Origin: Malacoraja senta
Lineage: Eukaryota
Assembly: GCA_038087875.1 (NCBI GenBank)
Contig: JAXLNO010000364.1
Span: 124,001 to 188,000, forward strand
Direction: 5' to 3'
Length of the DNA stretch: 64,000 nt
Made by a program: the position numbers and the translations under genes. Positions 33,441-43,546 of this stretch are shown here, piece by piece. How positions within the stretch are numbered: the first letter of the stretch is position 1; each line of letters begins with the position of its first letter. Below the pieces are notes generated by a model, which searched no databases, had not been told where the DNA came from, and saw nothing but the letters and a program-made list of their open reading frames with translations.

Positions 33441-36400
33441 TCAGTATCCCGTACCTGCCTTCTCTCCATACCCCCTGATCCCTTTAGCCACAAGGGCCAC
33501 ATCTAATTCCCTCTTAAATATAGCCAATGAACTGGCCTCAACTACCCTCTGTGGCAGAGAGTTCCAGAGATTCACCACTCTCTGTGTGAAAAAGTTTTTC
33601 CTCATCTCGGTCTTAAAGGATTTTCCCCTTATCCTTAAGCTGTGACCCCTTGTCCTGGACTTCCCCAACATCGGGAACAATCTTCCTGCATCTAGCCTGT
33701 CCAACCCCATAAGAATCTTGTACGTTTCTATAAGATCCCCTCTCAATCTCCTAAATTCTAGCGAGTATAAGCCAAGTCTATCCAGTCTTTCTTCATATGA
33801 AAGTCCTGACATCCCAGGAATCAGTCTGGTGAACCTTCTCTGCACTCCCTCTATGGCTATAATGTCCTTCCTCAGATTTGGAGACCAAAACTGTACGCAA
33901 TACTCCAGGTGTGGTCTCACCAAGACCCTGTACAACTGCAGTAGAACCTCACTGCTCCTATACTCAAATCCTCTTGCTATGAAGGCCAACATACCATTCG
34001 CTTTCTTCACTGCCTGCTGCACCTGCATGCCTACTTTCAATGACTGGTGTACCATGACACCCAGGTCTCGCTGCATCTCCCCATTTCCTAATCGGCCACC
34101 ATTTAGATAATAGTCTGCCTTCCCGTTTTTGCTACCAAAGTGGATAACCTCACATTTATCCACATTATACTGCATCTGCCAAACATTTGCCCACTCACCC
34201 AGCCTATCCAAGTCACCTTGCAGTCTCCTAGCATCCTCCTCACAGCTAACACTGCCCCCCAGCTTAGTGTCATCCGCAAACTTGGAGATGTTGCTTTCAA
34301 TTCCCTCGTCCAGATCATTAATATAAATTGTAAATAGCTGGGGTCCCAGCACTGAGCCTTGTGGTACCCCACTAGTCACTGCCTGCCATTGTGAAAAGGA
34401 CCCGTTTACTCCTACTCTTTGCTTCCTGTTTGCCAGCCAGTTCTCTATCCACATTAATACTGAACCCCCAATACCGTGTGATTTAAGTTTGTATCCTAAT
34501 CTCTTATGTGGTACCTTGTCGAAAGCCTTCTGAAAGTCCAGATACAACACATCCACTGGTTCTCCCCTATCCACTCTACTAGTTACATCCTCGAAAAATT
34601 CTATAAGATTCGTCAGACACGATTTACCTTTCGTAAATCCATGCTGACTTTGTCCAATGATTTCACCACTTTCCAAATGTGCTGCTATCCCATCTTTAAT
34701 AACTGACTCTAGCAGTTTCCCCACTACCGATGTTAGACTAACTGGTCTGTAATTCCCCGTTTTCTCTCTCCCTCCCTTCTTAAAAAGTGGGGTTACGTTT
34801 GCTACCCTCCAATCCTCAGGAACTACTCCAGAATCTAAAGAGTTTTGAAAAATTATCACTAATGCATCCACTATTTCTGGAGCTACTTCCTTAAGTACTC
34901 TGGGATGCAGCCTATCTGGCCCTGGTGATTTATCGGCCTTTAATCCATTCAATTTACCCAACACCACTTCCCGACTAACCTGGATTTCACTCAGTTCCTC
35001 CATCTCCTTTGACCCGCGGCCCCCTGCTATTTCCGGCAGATTATTTATGTCTTCCTTAGTGAAGACGGAACCAAAGTAGTTATTCAATTGGTCTGCCATA
35101 TCCTTGTTCCCCATGATCAATTCACCTGTTTCTGACTGCAAGGGACCTACATTTGATTTAACTAATCTCTTTCTCTTCACATATCTATAAAAACTTTTGC
35201 AGTCAGTTTTTATGTTTCCTGCCAGTTTCCTTTCATAATCTATTTTCCCTTTCCTAATTAAGCCCTTTGTCCTCCTCTGCTGGTCTCTGAATTTCTCCCA
35301 GTCCTCTGGTATGCTGCTTTTTCTGGCTAATTTGTACGCATCATCTTTTGCTTTGATACTATCCCTGATTTCCCTTGTTATCCACGGATGCACTACCTTC
35401 CTTGATTTATTCTTTTGCCAAACTGGGATGAACAATTTTTGTAGTTCATCCATGCAGTCTTTAAATGCCTTCCATTGCATATCCACCGTCAACCCTTTTA
35501 GAACTAATTGCCAGTCAATCTTGGCCAATTCATGTCTCATACCCTCAAAGTTACCTTTCTTTAAGTTCAGAACCGTTGTTTCTGAATTAACAATGTCACT
35601 CTCCATCCTAATGAAGAACTCAACCATATTATGATCACTCTTGCCCAAGGGGGCACGCACAACGAGTCTGCTAACTAACCCTTCCTCATTACTCAATACC
35701 CAGTCTAGAATAGCCTGCTCTCTCGTTGGTTCCTCTACATGTTGGTTTAGATAACTATCCCTCATACATTCCAAGAAATCCTCTTCCTCAGCACCCCTGC
35801 CAATTTGATTCACCCAATCTATATGTAGATTGAAGTCACCCAATATAACTGTTTTGCCTTTGTTGCACGCATTTCTAATTTCCTGTTTGATGCCATCCCC
35901 AACTTCACTACTACTGCTAGGTGGCCTGTACACAACGCCCACCAGCGTTTTCTGCCCCTTAGTGTTTCGCAGCTCTACCCATACCGATTCCACATCCTCC
36001 AAGCTAATGTCCTTCCTTTCCACTGCGTTAATCTCCTCTCTAACCAGCAACGCCACCCCACCTCCTTTTCCTTTCTCTCTATCCCTCCTGAATATTGAAT
36101 ATCCCTGGATGTTCAGCTCCCAGCCTTGGTCACCTTGGAGCCATGTCTCCGTGATCCCAACTATATCATAATCATTAATTGCTATCTGCACGTTCAACTC
36201 ATCCACCTTATTACGAATGCTCCTTGCATTGAGACACAAAGCCTTCAGACTTGATTTTACAACGCTCTTACCCCTTATACAATTATGTTGAAAAGTGGCT
36301 CTTTTTGATTTTTGTCCTGGATTTGTCTGCCTGCCACTTTTACCTTTCACCTTGCTACCTATTGCTTCCGCCCGCATTTTACACCCCTCTGTTTCTCTGC

Positions 36401-36740
36401 TCACCCATTTAAGAACCCCACCACCTCTTATTCTCTGTTTATTATTGTTTTCTTCTTTCCCCCCTACATGTTGGGTCTGAGTGCTTTCCTTCTCTGCCTC
36501 CTGCCTCACACACTGTCTAATAGCATTCTCTATTTGAGTCCCTCCCCCCAACCATTCTAGTTTAAAGTCTCCCCAGTAGCCTTTGCAGATCTCCCCGCCA
36601 GGATATCGGTCCCCCTCAGGTTCAAGTGCAACCCATCCTTTTTGTACAGGTCGAACCTTCCACAAAAGAAGTCCCAATGATCCAGAAATTTGAATCCCTG
36701 CCTTCTGCACCAGTCCTTCAGCCACGCATTTATCCTCCAC
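33441..36740 (-). CDS. CR1 ORF2: APE endonuclease plus reverse transcriptase, uninterrupted
   Basis: 1099-codon ORF with CLNARS, ITETW, VYRPP, GDFN, SDH (EN) and QHGF, DFQKAFD, GVPQGSVLGP, FADD (RT). True start codon uncertain. Confidence 0.92.
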   Translation of the reverse strand: MEDKCVAEGLVQKAGIQISGSLGLLLWKVRPVQKGWVALEPEGDRYPGGEICKGYWGDFKLEWLGGGTQIENAIRQCVRQEAEKESTQTQHVGGKEENNNKQRIRGGGVLKWVSRETEGCKMRAEAIGSKVKGKSGRQTNPGQKSKRATFQHNCIRGKSVVKSSLKALCLNARSIRNKVDELNVQIAINDYDIVGITETWLQGDQGWELNIQGYSIFRRDREKGKGGGVALLVREEINAVERKDISLEDVESVWVELRNTKGQKTLVGVVYRPPSSSSEVGDGIKQEIRNACNKGKTVILGDFNLHIDWVNQIGRGAEEEDFLECMRDSYLNQHVEEPTREQAILDWVLSNEEGLVSRLVVRAPLGKSDHNMVEFFIRMESDIVNSETTVLNLKKGNFEGMRHELAKIDWQLVLKGLTVDMQWKAFKDCMDELQKLFIPVWQKNKSRKVVHPWITREIRDSIKAKDDAYKLARKSSIPEDWEKFRDQQRRTKGLIRKGKIDYERKLAGNIKTDCKSFYRYVKRKRLVKSNVGPLQSETGELIMGNKDMADQLNNYFGSVFTKEDINNLPEIAGGRGSKEMEELSEIQVSREVVLGKLNGLKADKSPGPDRLHPRVLKEVAPEIVDALVIIFQNSLDSGVVPEDWRVANVTPLFKKGGREKTGNYRPVSLTSVVGKLLESVIKDGIAAHLESGEIIGQSQHGFTKGKSCLTNLIEFFEDVTSRVDRGEPVDVLYLDFQKAFDKVPHKRLGYKLKSHGIGGSVLMWIENWLANRKQRVGVNGSFSQWQAVTSGVPQGSVLGPQLFTIYINDLDEGIESNISKFADDTKLGGSVSCEEDARRLQGDLDRLGEWANVWQMQYNVDKCEVIHFGSKNGKADYYLNGGRLGNGEMQRDLGVMVHQSLKVGMQVQQAVKKANGMLAFIARGFEYRSSEVLLQLYRVLVRPHLEYCVQFWSPNLRKDIIAIEGVQRRFTRLIPGMSGLSYEERLDRLGLYSLEFRRLRGDLIETYKILMGLDRLDAGRLFPMLGKSRTRGHSLRIRGKSFKTEMRKNFFTQRVVNLWNSLPQRVVEASSLAIFKRELDVALVAKGIRGYGEKAGTGY

Positions 36741-36991
36741 CTCGCTCCATTCCTACTCTCACTGTCGCGTGGTACAGGCAGTAATCCCGAGATTGTTACC
36801 TTTGCTGTCCTTCTCTTTAACTCCCCTCCTAACTCCCTAAATTCTCCTTTCAGGACCTCTTCTCTTTTTTTACCTATGTCATTGGTACCTATATGTATCA
36901 CGACCTCGGGCTCCTCTCCCTGCCCTTTCAGGATGTCTTGGACACGTTGGGACACATCACAGACCCTGGCACCAGGGAGGCAAACTACCAT
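36557..36991 (-). CDS. CR1 ORF1 C-terminal SGNH esterase domain (5'-truncated)
   Basis: VVCLPGA..IHIGTND..DGLHL motifs typical of the CR1 ORF1 esterase. Confidence 0.8.
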   Translation of the reverse strand: MVVCLPGARVCDVSQRVQDILKGQGEEPEVVIHIGTNDIGKKREEVLKGEFRELGGELKRRTAKVTISGLLPVPRDSESRNGARWRINAWLKDWCRRQGFKFLDHWDFFCGRFDLYKKDGLHLNLRGTDILAGRSAKATGETLN

Positions 36992-37010
36992 CCGGGTCTC
37001 CCGACTGTTC

Positions 37011-39216
37011 CAACTTCATGTCGAAGGTTTTTGATCAGGTAATGACGTTTTTAGATATTAAACATTGTTACTCCAGTGCGTATCACCCTGAGAGCCAGGG
37101 AGTTCTCGAGAGGTTTCACCAGACTTTGAAATCTATGTTGAGGACTTACTGCCTGGAGTTTGAAAAAGACTGGGATGAAGGGGTTCATCTAGTTATGTTT
37201 GCGGTGCGTGAGGTCGTGCAGGAGTCGTTGGGGTTCAGTCCTGCTGACCTGGTGTTCGCCCATACTGTACGTGGTCAGTTGAGGGTCCTAAAGGAGAAAT
37301 GGTTGCAGGAGGATACAAAACTTAATGTTTTAGACCACGTCTGTACCTTTCGGTCTGGACTGAAGAGGGCATGCGAACTGGCAATGGGTAATCTGGTTTC
37401 TGCTCAGTCTAGGATGAAGGGGTGGTTCGACAGGAAGGCTTCTAGTAGGGATTTTTCTCCAGGTGACAAGGTCCTGGTTTTGTTGCCTATTCCTGGTTCC
37501 AGTCTGCAGGCTCGGTATAGCGGTCCCTATCATGTGGTTAAGAAGGTTGGTGAAAGGGATTATGTTATTGGTACCCCTGATCGAAGGCGTAAGACCCAGC
37601 TCTGTCATGTCTACATGATGAAGCAGTACCATGAGCCAGAGCCAGTGGAGGTTGATGGGGAGGTGCTCTGTCCTTCGGTTTCGTCTTAGCCTGTTTTGGC
37701 TGCAGTGGTGCTGCCCCCTGACACGGGTGGTGATGTGGGTGAGGCACGGTTGTCGGTGGCAGTGACGCAGGGAAGGCTGTGTAACTCTGAGGCTTTGGAG
37801 TCGCTTCCCTTGCGGTTGTCGCATTTGACTGAAAGTCAGCGGGGTGATCTGCTTGCTTTGGTGAAGTCAAATGGGTCACTGTTCTCGGATGTTCCTTCTC
37901 AGATGTCTGTGCTGCAGCATGACATTGACGTGGCCGGTGCTGCGCCAATTAAACAGCATCCGTATCGGGTCAACCCTGACAAGCGTCATCGTCTAGGGAG
38001 TTAGGTTGACTATATGCTGCGGCATGGGATTGCTGAACCTAGTTGTAGTCCGTGGAGTTCTCCGTGCCTACTGGCTACGAAGGCTAATGGGGAGGACAGG
38101 TTTTGTACGGACTTTCGGAAAGTGAATGGAGTAACTAAGCCGGATTGCTATCCTCTCCCACGAATGGAGGATTGCGTGGATCGTGTGGGAAGTGCATCTT
38201 TTGTGTCCAAGTTGGACTTGTTAAAAGGGTATTTGCAAGTTCCCTTGACTATGCGGGCGAGGGAGATCTCTGCGTTCTTTACGCCTGATAACTTTCTGCA
38301 GGATACAGTAATGGCATTTGGGATGCGCAATGCGCCGGCAACCTTCCAACGTTTGGTGAACGTTGTATTGTCTGGTTTGTCCTTCTGTGAGGCATACCTT
38401 GATGAATTGGTTGTGTGCTCCAGGTCGTGGATCGAACACGTCGGTCATCTGGAGAAGGTATTCCACCGTCTAGCGGAGGCAAAGCTAAATATCAATCTGG
38501 GGAAGCGTGAGTTTGGCCAGGCCACGGTAACGTATCTGGGTAAGGTGGTGGGCCGGGGTCAGGTTCGCACTCTCAAGGAAAAGGTGGAGCATATTGTCGC
38601 ATTTCCTGCTCCAACCTCGAGGACTGAACTCCGTAGGTATCTGGCTATGGTTGGGTACTATAGGGTATTCTGTCCAAACTTCTCTGCGGTGGCTGCCCCT
38701 TTGACGGATTTGTTGAGTCCGAAGGTAGCTTTTGTGTGGTCCGCAGAGTGTCAACAAGCCTTTGATCATACAAAAAGTCTTCTGGTGCGCGCACCTGTGC
38801 TTGCGGCACCTGATTTTGAGCATCCATTTAAGCTGGCAGTGGATGCTAGTGATCGTGGGGTTGGGGGAGTTCTTCTACGGGATGATTCAGATGGAGTGGA
38901 GCATCCACTTTCATACTTCTCTAAGAACTTTAATCGTCATCAGAAGTGGTACTCCACCATTGAGAAAGAGGCCCTTGCTATGTTGATGTCTCTGAGTCAT
39001 TTCGAGGTTTATGTTGGCTCCTCGAATGTCCCTGTCATCGTACTCACGGATCATAATCCGTTGGTATTTTTGCATAATATGAAGAATAAGAACCGGCGGT
39101 TAATGAGCTGGAGTTTGCAGCTGCAAGACTACAACCTGGAGGTCAGGCATATCCGTGGCAAGGATAATGTCTTGGCTGACGCCTTGTCGCGCCAGTGGAG
39201 TTTAGCTCCTGAATAG
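37011..39216 (+). pseudogene. Gmr1-like pol C-part: integrase core/GPY, RT, RNase H (two in-frame TAG stops)
   Basis: NFMSK..YHPESQGVLERFHQTLK, RYSGPY; RT CTDFRKVN, LDLLKGY, YLDE; RH DAS..EKE..TDH..DALSR. ORFs 37018, 37696 and 38014 share one frame. Confidence 0.9.
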
Positions 39217-39282
39217 TTTCTGGGATTTGGTGGTGTTTTTTCCCTCTTCTTCCGAAACTTATTCAGTATCTTTGGGTGGGGG

Positions 39283-39685
39283 TGTTAGGCGCTCCCCCTC
39301 CTGGTCAATGTTATGTATTAACATTTCTCTGTTTCTTTCCCGAGTGCAGGCCTCGTGGCTGTGAGTCTGGACATCTAGGGGTTAAAAGGCTCCTGTACCC
39401 GATTGGCCAAGCTGCGTCAGGTGATGGGTGACTCATCTGAAGCATAAATACCAGAGTTCCCAGAATTCTCTTTTTTTTCTTCGAGGCACCTGCCTCGTGA
39501 ACTGATTGCTGGTGTGAGCTGTGGAAGGCCTGGCCACATGGCATAGCACTTCGTGTAATTTCAACATTACGTAGTACCAAATATTGAATTCGGACGGACA
39601 AGGGCTGTCCTTAAAAGTTTTCGGTATTTTGTTTCAGGGATAGACTTCTTTTAGGCAGGTTTAGAGTCTCAGGGGAGTCGTAACA
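39283..39685 (+). repeat. 3' LTR (403 bp, ~182 bp internal deletion)
   Basis: tgttaggcgc...tcgtaaca, preceded by G-rich PPT gggtggggg (39274-39282). Confidence 0.92.
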
Positions 39686-41155
39686 GGAGCAAAGAGGTCC
39701 TTCTACAGTTGTACAGGACCCTGGTGAGACCACACCTTTGTATTGTGTGCAGTTTTGGTATCCTAATTTGAGGAAGGATATTCTTGCTTTTGAGGGAGAA
39801 AGCGTAGGTTCACGACGTTAATACCCGGGATGGCGGGACTGTCATCTGATGAAAGAATGGAACGATTGGCTTGTATTCACTGGAATTTAGAAGATGAGAG
39901 GTGATCTTATAGAAAAATACAACATAGTTAAGAGACTGGACACGCTCGATGCAGGAAACATGTTTCCGATGTCAGGCGACTTCAAAACCAGGGGCCACAG
40001 TTTACGATTAAGGGGTAGGCCATTTAGGACTGAGATGAGTAAAAATATTTTTCACAGAGAGTTGTGAATTTGTGAAATTCTCTGCCTCTGAAGGCAGTGG
40101 AGGCCGATTCACTGGATGCATTCAACAGAAAGTTAGATAGAGCTCTTAGGGCTAGCGGAATCAAGGGGTATCGGGAGAAGGCAGGAACAGGGTAATGATT
40201 GTGGATGATCAGCCACAATCACAGATTACATTGAATGGCGGAGTAGGCTCAAAGGGCCGGAAAGCCTACTCCGGAACATATTGTCTATGTATCTATGTAT
40301 CTATATATATAATTCTACCGATGCGTCAACGTGCTATTCCAGTTTCGAGTAGACGAATACATAAAAGCAATGGTGTAATGCCGAGGCCTCATGAGGCGCT
40401 GGTGAGGCCACGCTTGGAATATTGTAAGCGGTTATGAGCCTCATCTCTAAGGATGGGGGCGCAAGCGTGGATAGGCCCAGAGGACGTTTAGTGGAATGGT
40501 CCCGGTTATGATTGGGTAAACGTGTGAGGATAGTTTGATGTTACTAGTCCTGTACTCGATGGAGTTTAGCAGAATGAAGGGAGACTTCATTGAAACACAC
40601 AGATTAGTGAATGGCTTGGATAGAGTGTGTGTGGGGAGGATGTTTCTACCAGTAGAGAGCCTAGCACGAGAGGGCATAGCCTCAGAATTCGACGTTCTTT
40701 TAGTAAGGAGATGAGGAGAAATTTCTTTAGTCAGAGGATGGTGAATCTGTGGGATTCTTTGCTGCAGAACGCAGTGCAGGCCAAGTCAGGGATATTTTTA
40801 AGGCAGGGATGGATAGATTCTTGATTATTACAGGTGTCAGAGATTATGGTGAGAAGGCAGAAGAATGCGGTTAGGAGGGAGAAACATATCAACTGCATTT
40901 TGCCCTCCCTCACGTTAAATATATTGTCTATCAAGGGGTGGGGCGGGAGGGGAGGGGGTTAGATAATGAATGTCCGCCCGATCTGTGCCTTTCATAGTGT
41001 CATTTTGATTGTTTGAAAGATACAGAATGGAAACCGGCCCTTCCGTCCACCACACGACGACCATTTGTCATGCGCTCACACGCCAGTTCTACGTTATACT
41101 CAGTTTCCGTGCGCTCCCTACACACTAGCGACAATTTATGGAGGCCAATTGACCT

Positions 41156-42214
41156 CAATTCGAGGAGGAGCCATCTTGAGGAACGGCTGCCAAACAGCAG
41201 CCGTGCGTTAATTGTACTTATTTTTCTAGTTTTTAGTTTTTATTTAAGTCTCTGTTTTTCATTATTTTACTTTTCGATGTGGGGGGAATCAAGGGGAAAC
41301 CACTTCCTGGTCCCTACCTGGTCGGTGAGGCAGCCTTCTCTCCGGCTGCCCAGTCGACCCGTCCTTGCGGCCTGCCAGCGGGCGTGGAGCGGCGTGGAGC
41401 GGCGTTTCCCGACGGGGGCCGCACAGCACCCTCAGCTTCGGTGGCGGCACGGCGCTGGTGCGCTATTGTGCAGCGGAGCGGGCGATGCCTTGCCTGGGTC
41501 GCCGCGCTGGAGCGACGCGCTGGAGCTCCGGTGAGCTGGACCGCCGAGCTCAACACCTCCGGGCTGCAGGACTGTGGAGCGACCATCCGCGGGCGGCGGC
41601 GCCGACTCCAACATCGGGAGCGTCGTGGCTCCAAATCGGCGCGGCCTTGTCGGCTTCAGGTGCTGCGGACGCCTGCGGGAAATCTGCCGTTCCAGCCGTA
41701 GTTGCGGCCTCCGGTGAGAAATGCGGCCGTTCCAGGTGGCCCAGCTGCTGGAGGACTCTCCCGACGCCGGGGCTACACCACCCGGCGAGAACGGCCAGGA
41801 TCATCGGGCAATAGAGGCAATAGCGGGGGCCTCATTCGGCCTGACTTTTTGGTTGAAATGGGGCTGTGGACTGGACTTTGTGCCTTCCCCCACAGTGGAA
41901 ATCATTGTGGGGGGGGGGGGTGATTTTTGTTTGTAATTGTTTGTGATTGTATTTGTTAATCTGGGTTCAAGATGGCGGTCGGAGGGGAGAGTGGACGCTG
42001 GCGAGGTTTCGCTGCCGCTGCTCTCTCCTCAAATTGTGTTTCCGATTTTCTTTTTTGTGTTTTTGGAAGGAATTCTGTCCCTGATTTGTGTATTGGCCTT
42101 TATAACTTATTTTTTTAATTCTGATTATATGTTAACCATAAATCTCTGTAAGGTGTACTTGAGACCTCGGTATAAGGCGCCCATAAATAAAATTCATTAT
42201 TATTATTATTATTA
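41156..42214 (+). mobile_element. GC-rich non-coding retroposon insertion specific to unit 3, with L2-like 3' end
   Basis: Empty site gacctacaatccc in unit 4. Core homologous to 24412-25286; ends tgtaaggtgtacttgag...aggcgcccataaataaa...(TAT)n. Confidence 0.75.
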
Positions 42215-43546
42215 TAATCCCAAAGCATCCTGAAATATAGAAGCATCACGAGGCCATTTCGCCCATCAAGTTCGCTCCGCCATCCGCCACTCCAAAGACG
42301 TTAATTTGCTTAGTGTAAATGAAAATTGTCCCTCGTGTGTGTATGATAGCGGTAGTGCGCGGGGATCGCTGATTGAACCTTCCGAACCATCTGAATTTTG
42401 TAGTCGGCAGGGCAGTACTCTGCACATCGCCAAGTTGGACAATTTTACATTTTTATCAAGCCAATTAACCTACAAACCTGTATATCTTTGGAGTGTGGGA
42501 GGAAACCGAAGATCTCGGAGAAACCCCACGCACATCACGGGGAGAACGTACAAACTCCATACAGACAGCACCCGTATTCGGGATCGAACCCGGGTCTCTG
42601 GCGTTGCATTTTGCTGCACCGCTGTGCCACCGTGACTGCAAAGACGTACGAGTTTGCAGGGAAATCGGCTTCGTATTAATGTAAATTATTCTCAGACTGA
42701 GTAGGATAGTCTTAGATGCGGACTCGCTGGGCTGATGGGCCTGTTTCCGCGCTGCATCTCTCAACTGAACCAAACATTACAAGTAAAATAGAGCATCAGA
42801 ATCAGTTTCGATGGTCCGCTTTAAAAATTATCTGTCGCTCTCTCATGGAATTGTTTTCTCTCGCTGGAGAAAGGGGCTACATGACAGACAGAGATGTTGG
42901 GGGTGGGGGGAGGAGTGTTGCTCTCTGGATTGATACAGATTTTCACAGCCGTAGTCCGAAATTACATTGCGGATGTTTCCTCCAGTCAGGCTAGATTTCT
43001 GAATTTGAGGAATAAAAATCAATATACCAGTAAGATAGACACACAATTCTGGCGTAACTCAGAGGCCCAGGTAGCATCTCTGGAGTAAAGGAATGGGTGA
43101 AGTTTCGGGTCGAGACCCTTCTTAATAACCACCAGTAGTCAGATTCGAACCCGTGTCTCTGGAGCTGTAAAGCATCAGCTGCACCGCTGCGCCGCCGAGG
43201 TCGTTTCCTCTTTTCTTATTGTCTGAATTTACCATCCAAACTTCAGGAAATCTGCCATCCTCGTCCTTCATGTTCTATGGAACACGCCGGAACTGAAATC
43301 CCACCACCTCGTCTTTAACCGACTCCGACACGTAGGATGAGGACTTACCTAAGAACAGCTGCTCCCAAATTACTCTCCCCACTTTCTACCAAACGCAGAT
43401 ATTTTTATTTTCCATTCACCGATTTCTCAAATTAATCGACAAAACAATGTCCTTAAAACAATTTTATTATCAATACTATAATATCTATCAATATAATTTA
43501 TTTTATCTGTATTAAATTAAACTTTTAATTACTAAATTAATTAATT

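Larger units (their letters stand above)
33343..37006 (-). mobile_element. Young 5'-truncated CR1-clade LINE nested in the integrase gene
   Basis: (TATCTATG)n tail at 33343-33362, GTTC on both sides (33339-33342 and 37007-37010), ORF1 3' part plus complete ORF2. Confidence 0.95.
30163..39685 (+). mobile_element. Gmr1-like Gypsy/Ty3 LTR retrotransposon (defective)
   Basis: TG...CA LTRs, 5-bp TSD GGAGC (30158-30162 and 39686-39690), PBS and PPT. Gag with CCHC knuckle, protease DTGA, and integrase upstream of RT/RNase H. Confidence 0.95.
27136..40310 (+). mobile_element. Decayed CR1 LINE, unit 3 copy, interrupted by the LTR element at 30163-39685
   Basis: CR1 RT sequence ...gtacaggagc resumes as ggagcaaagagg at 39686; tail at ~40285-40310. 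Boundaries approximate. Confidence 0.85.

Noticed and set aside
41013..41936. Overlapping Arg/Ala/Gly-rich ORFs in the GC-rich inserts (also 24496-25075)
   Set aside because: Low stop-codon density in GC-rich DNA; no domain motifs and frames not preserved between the two related inserts.
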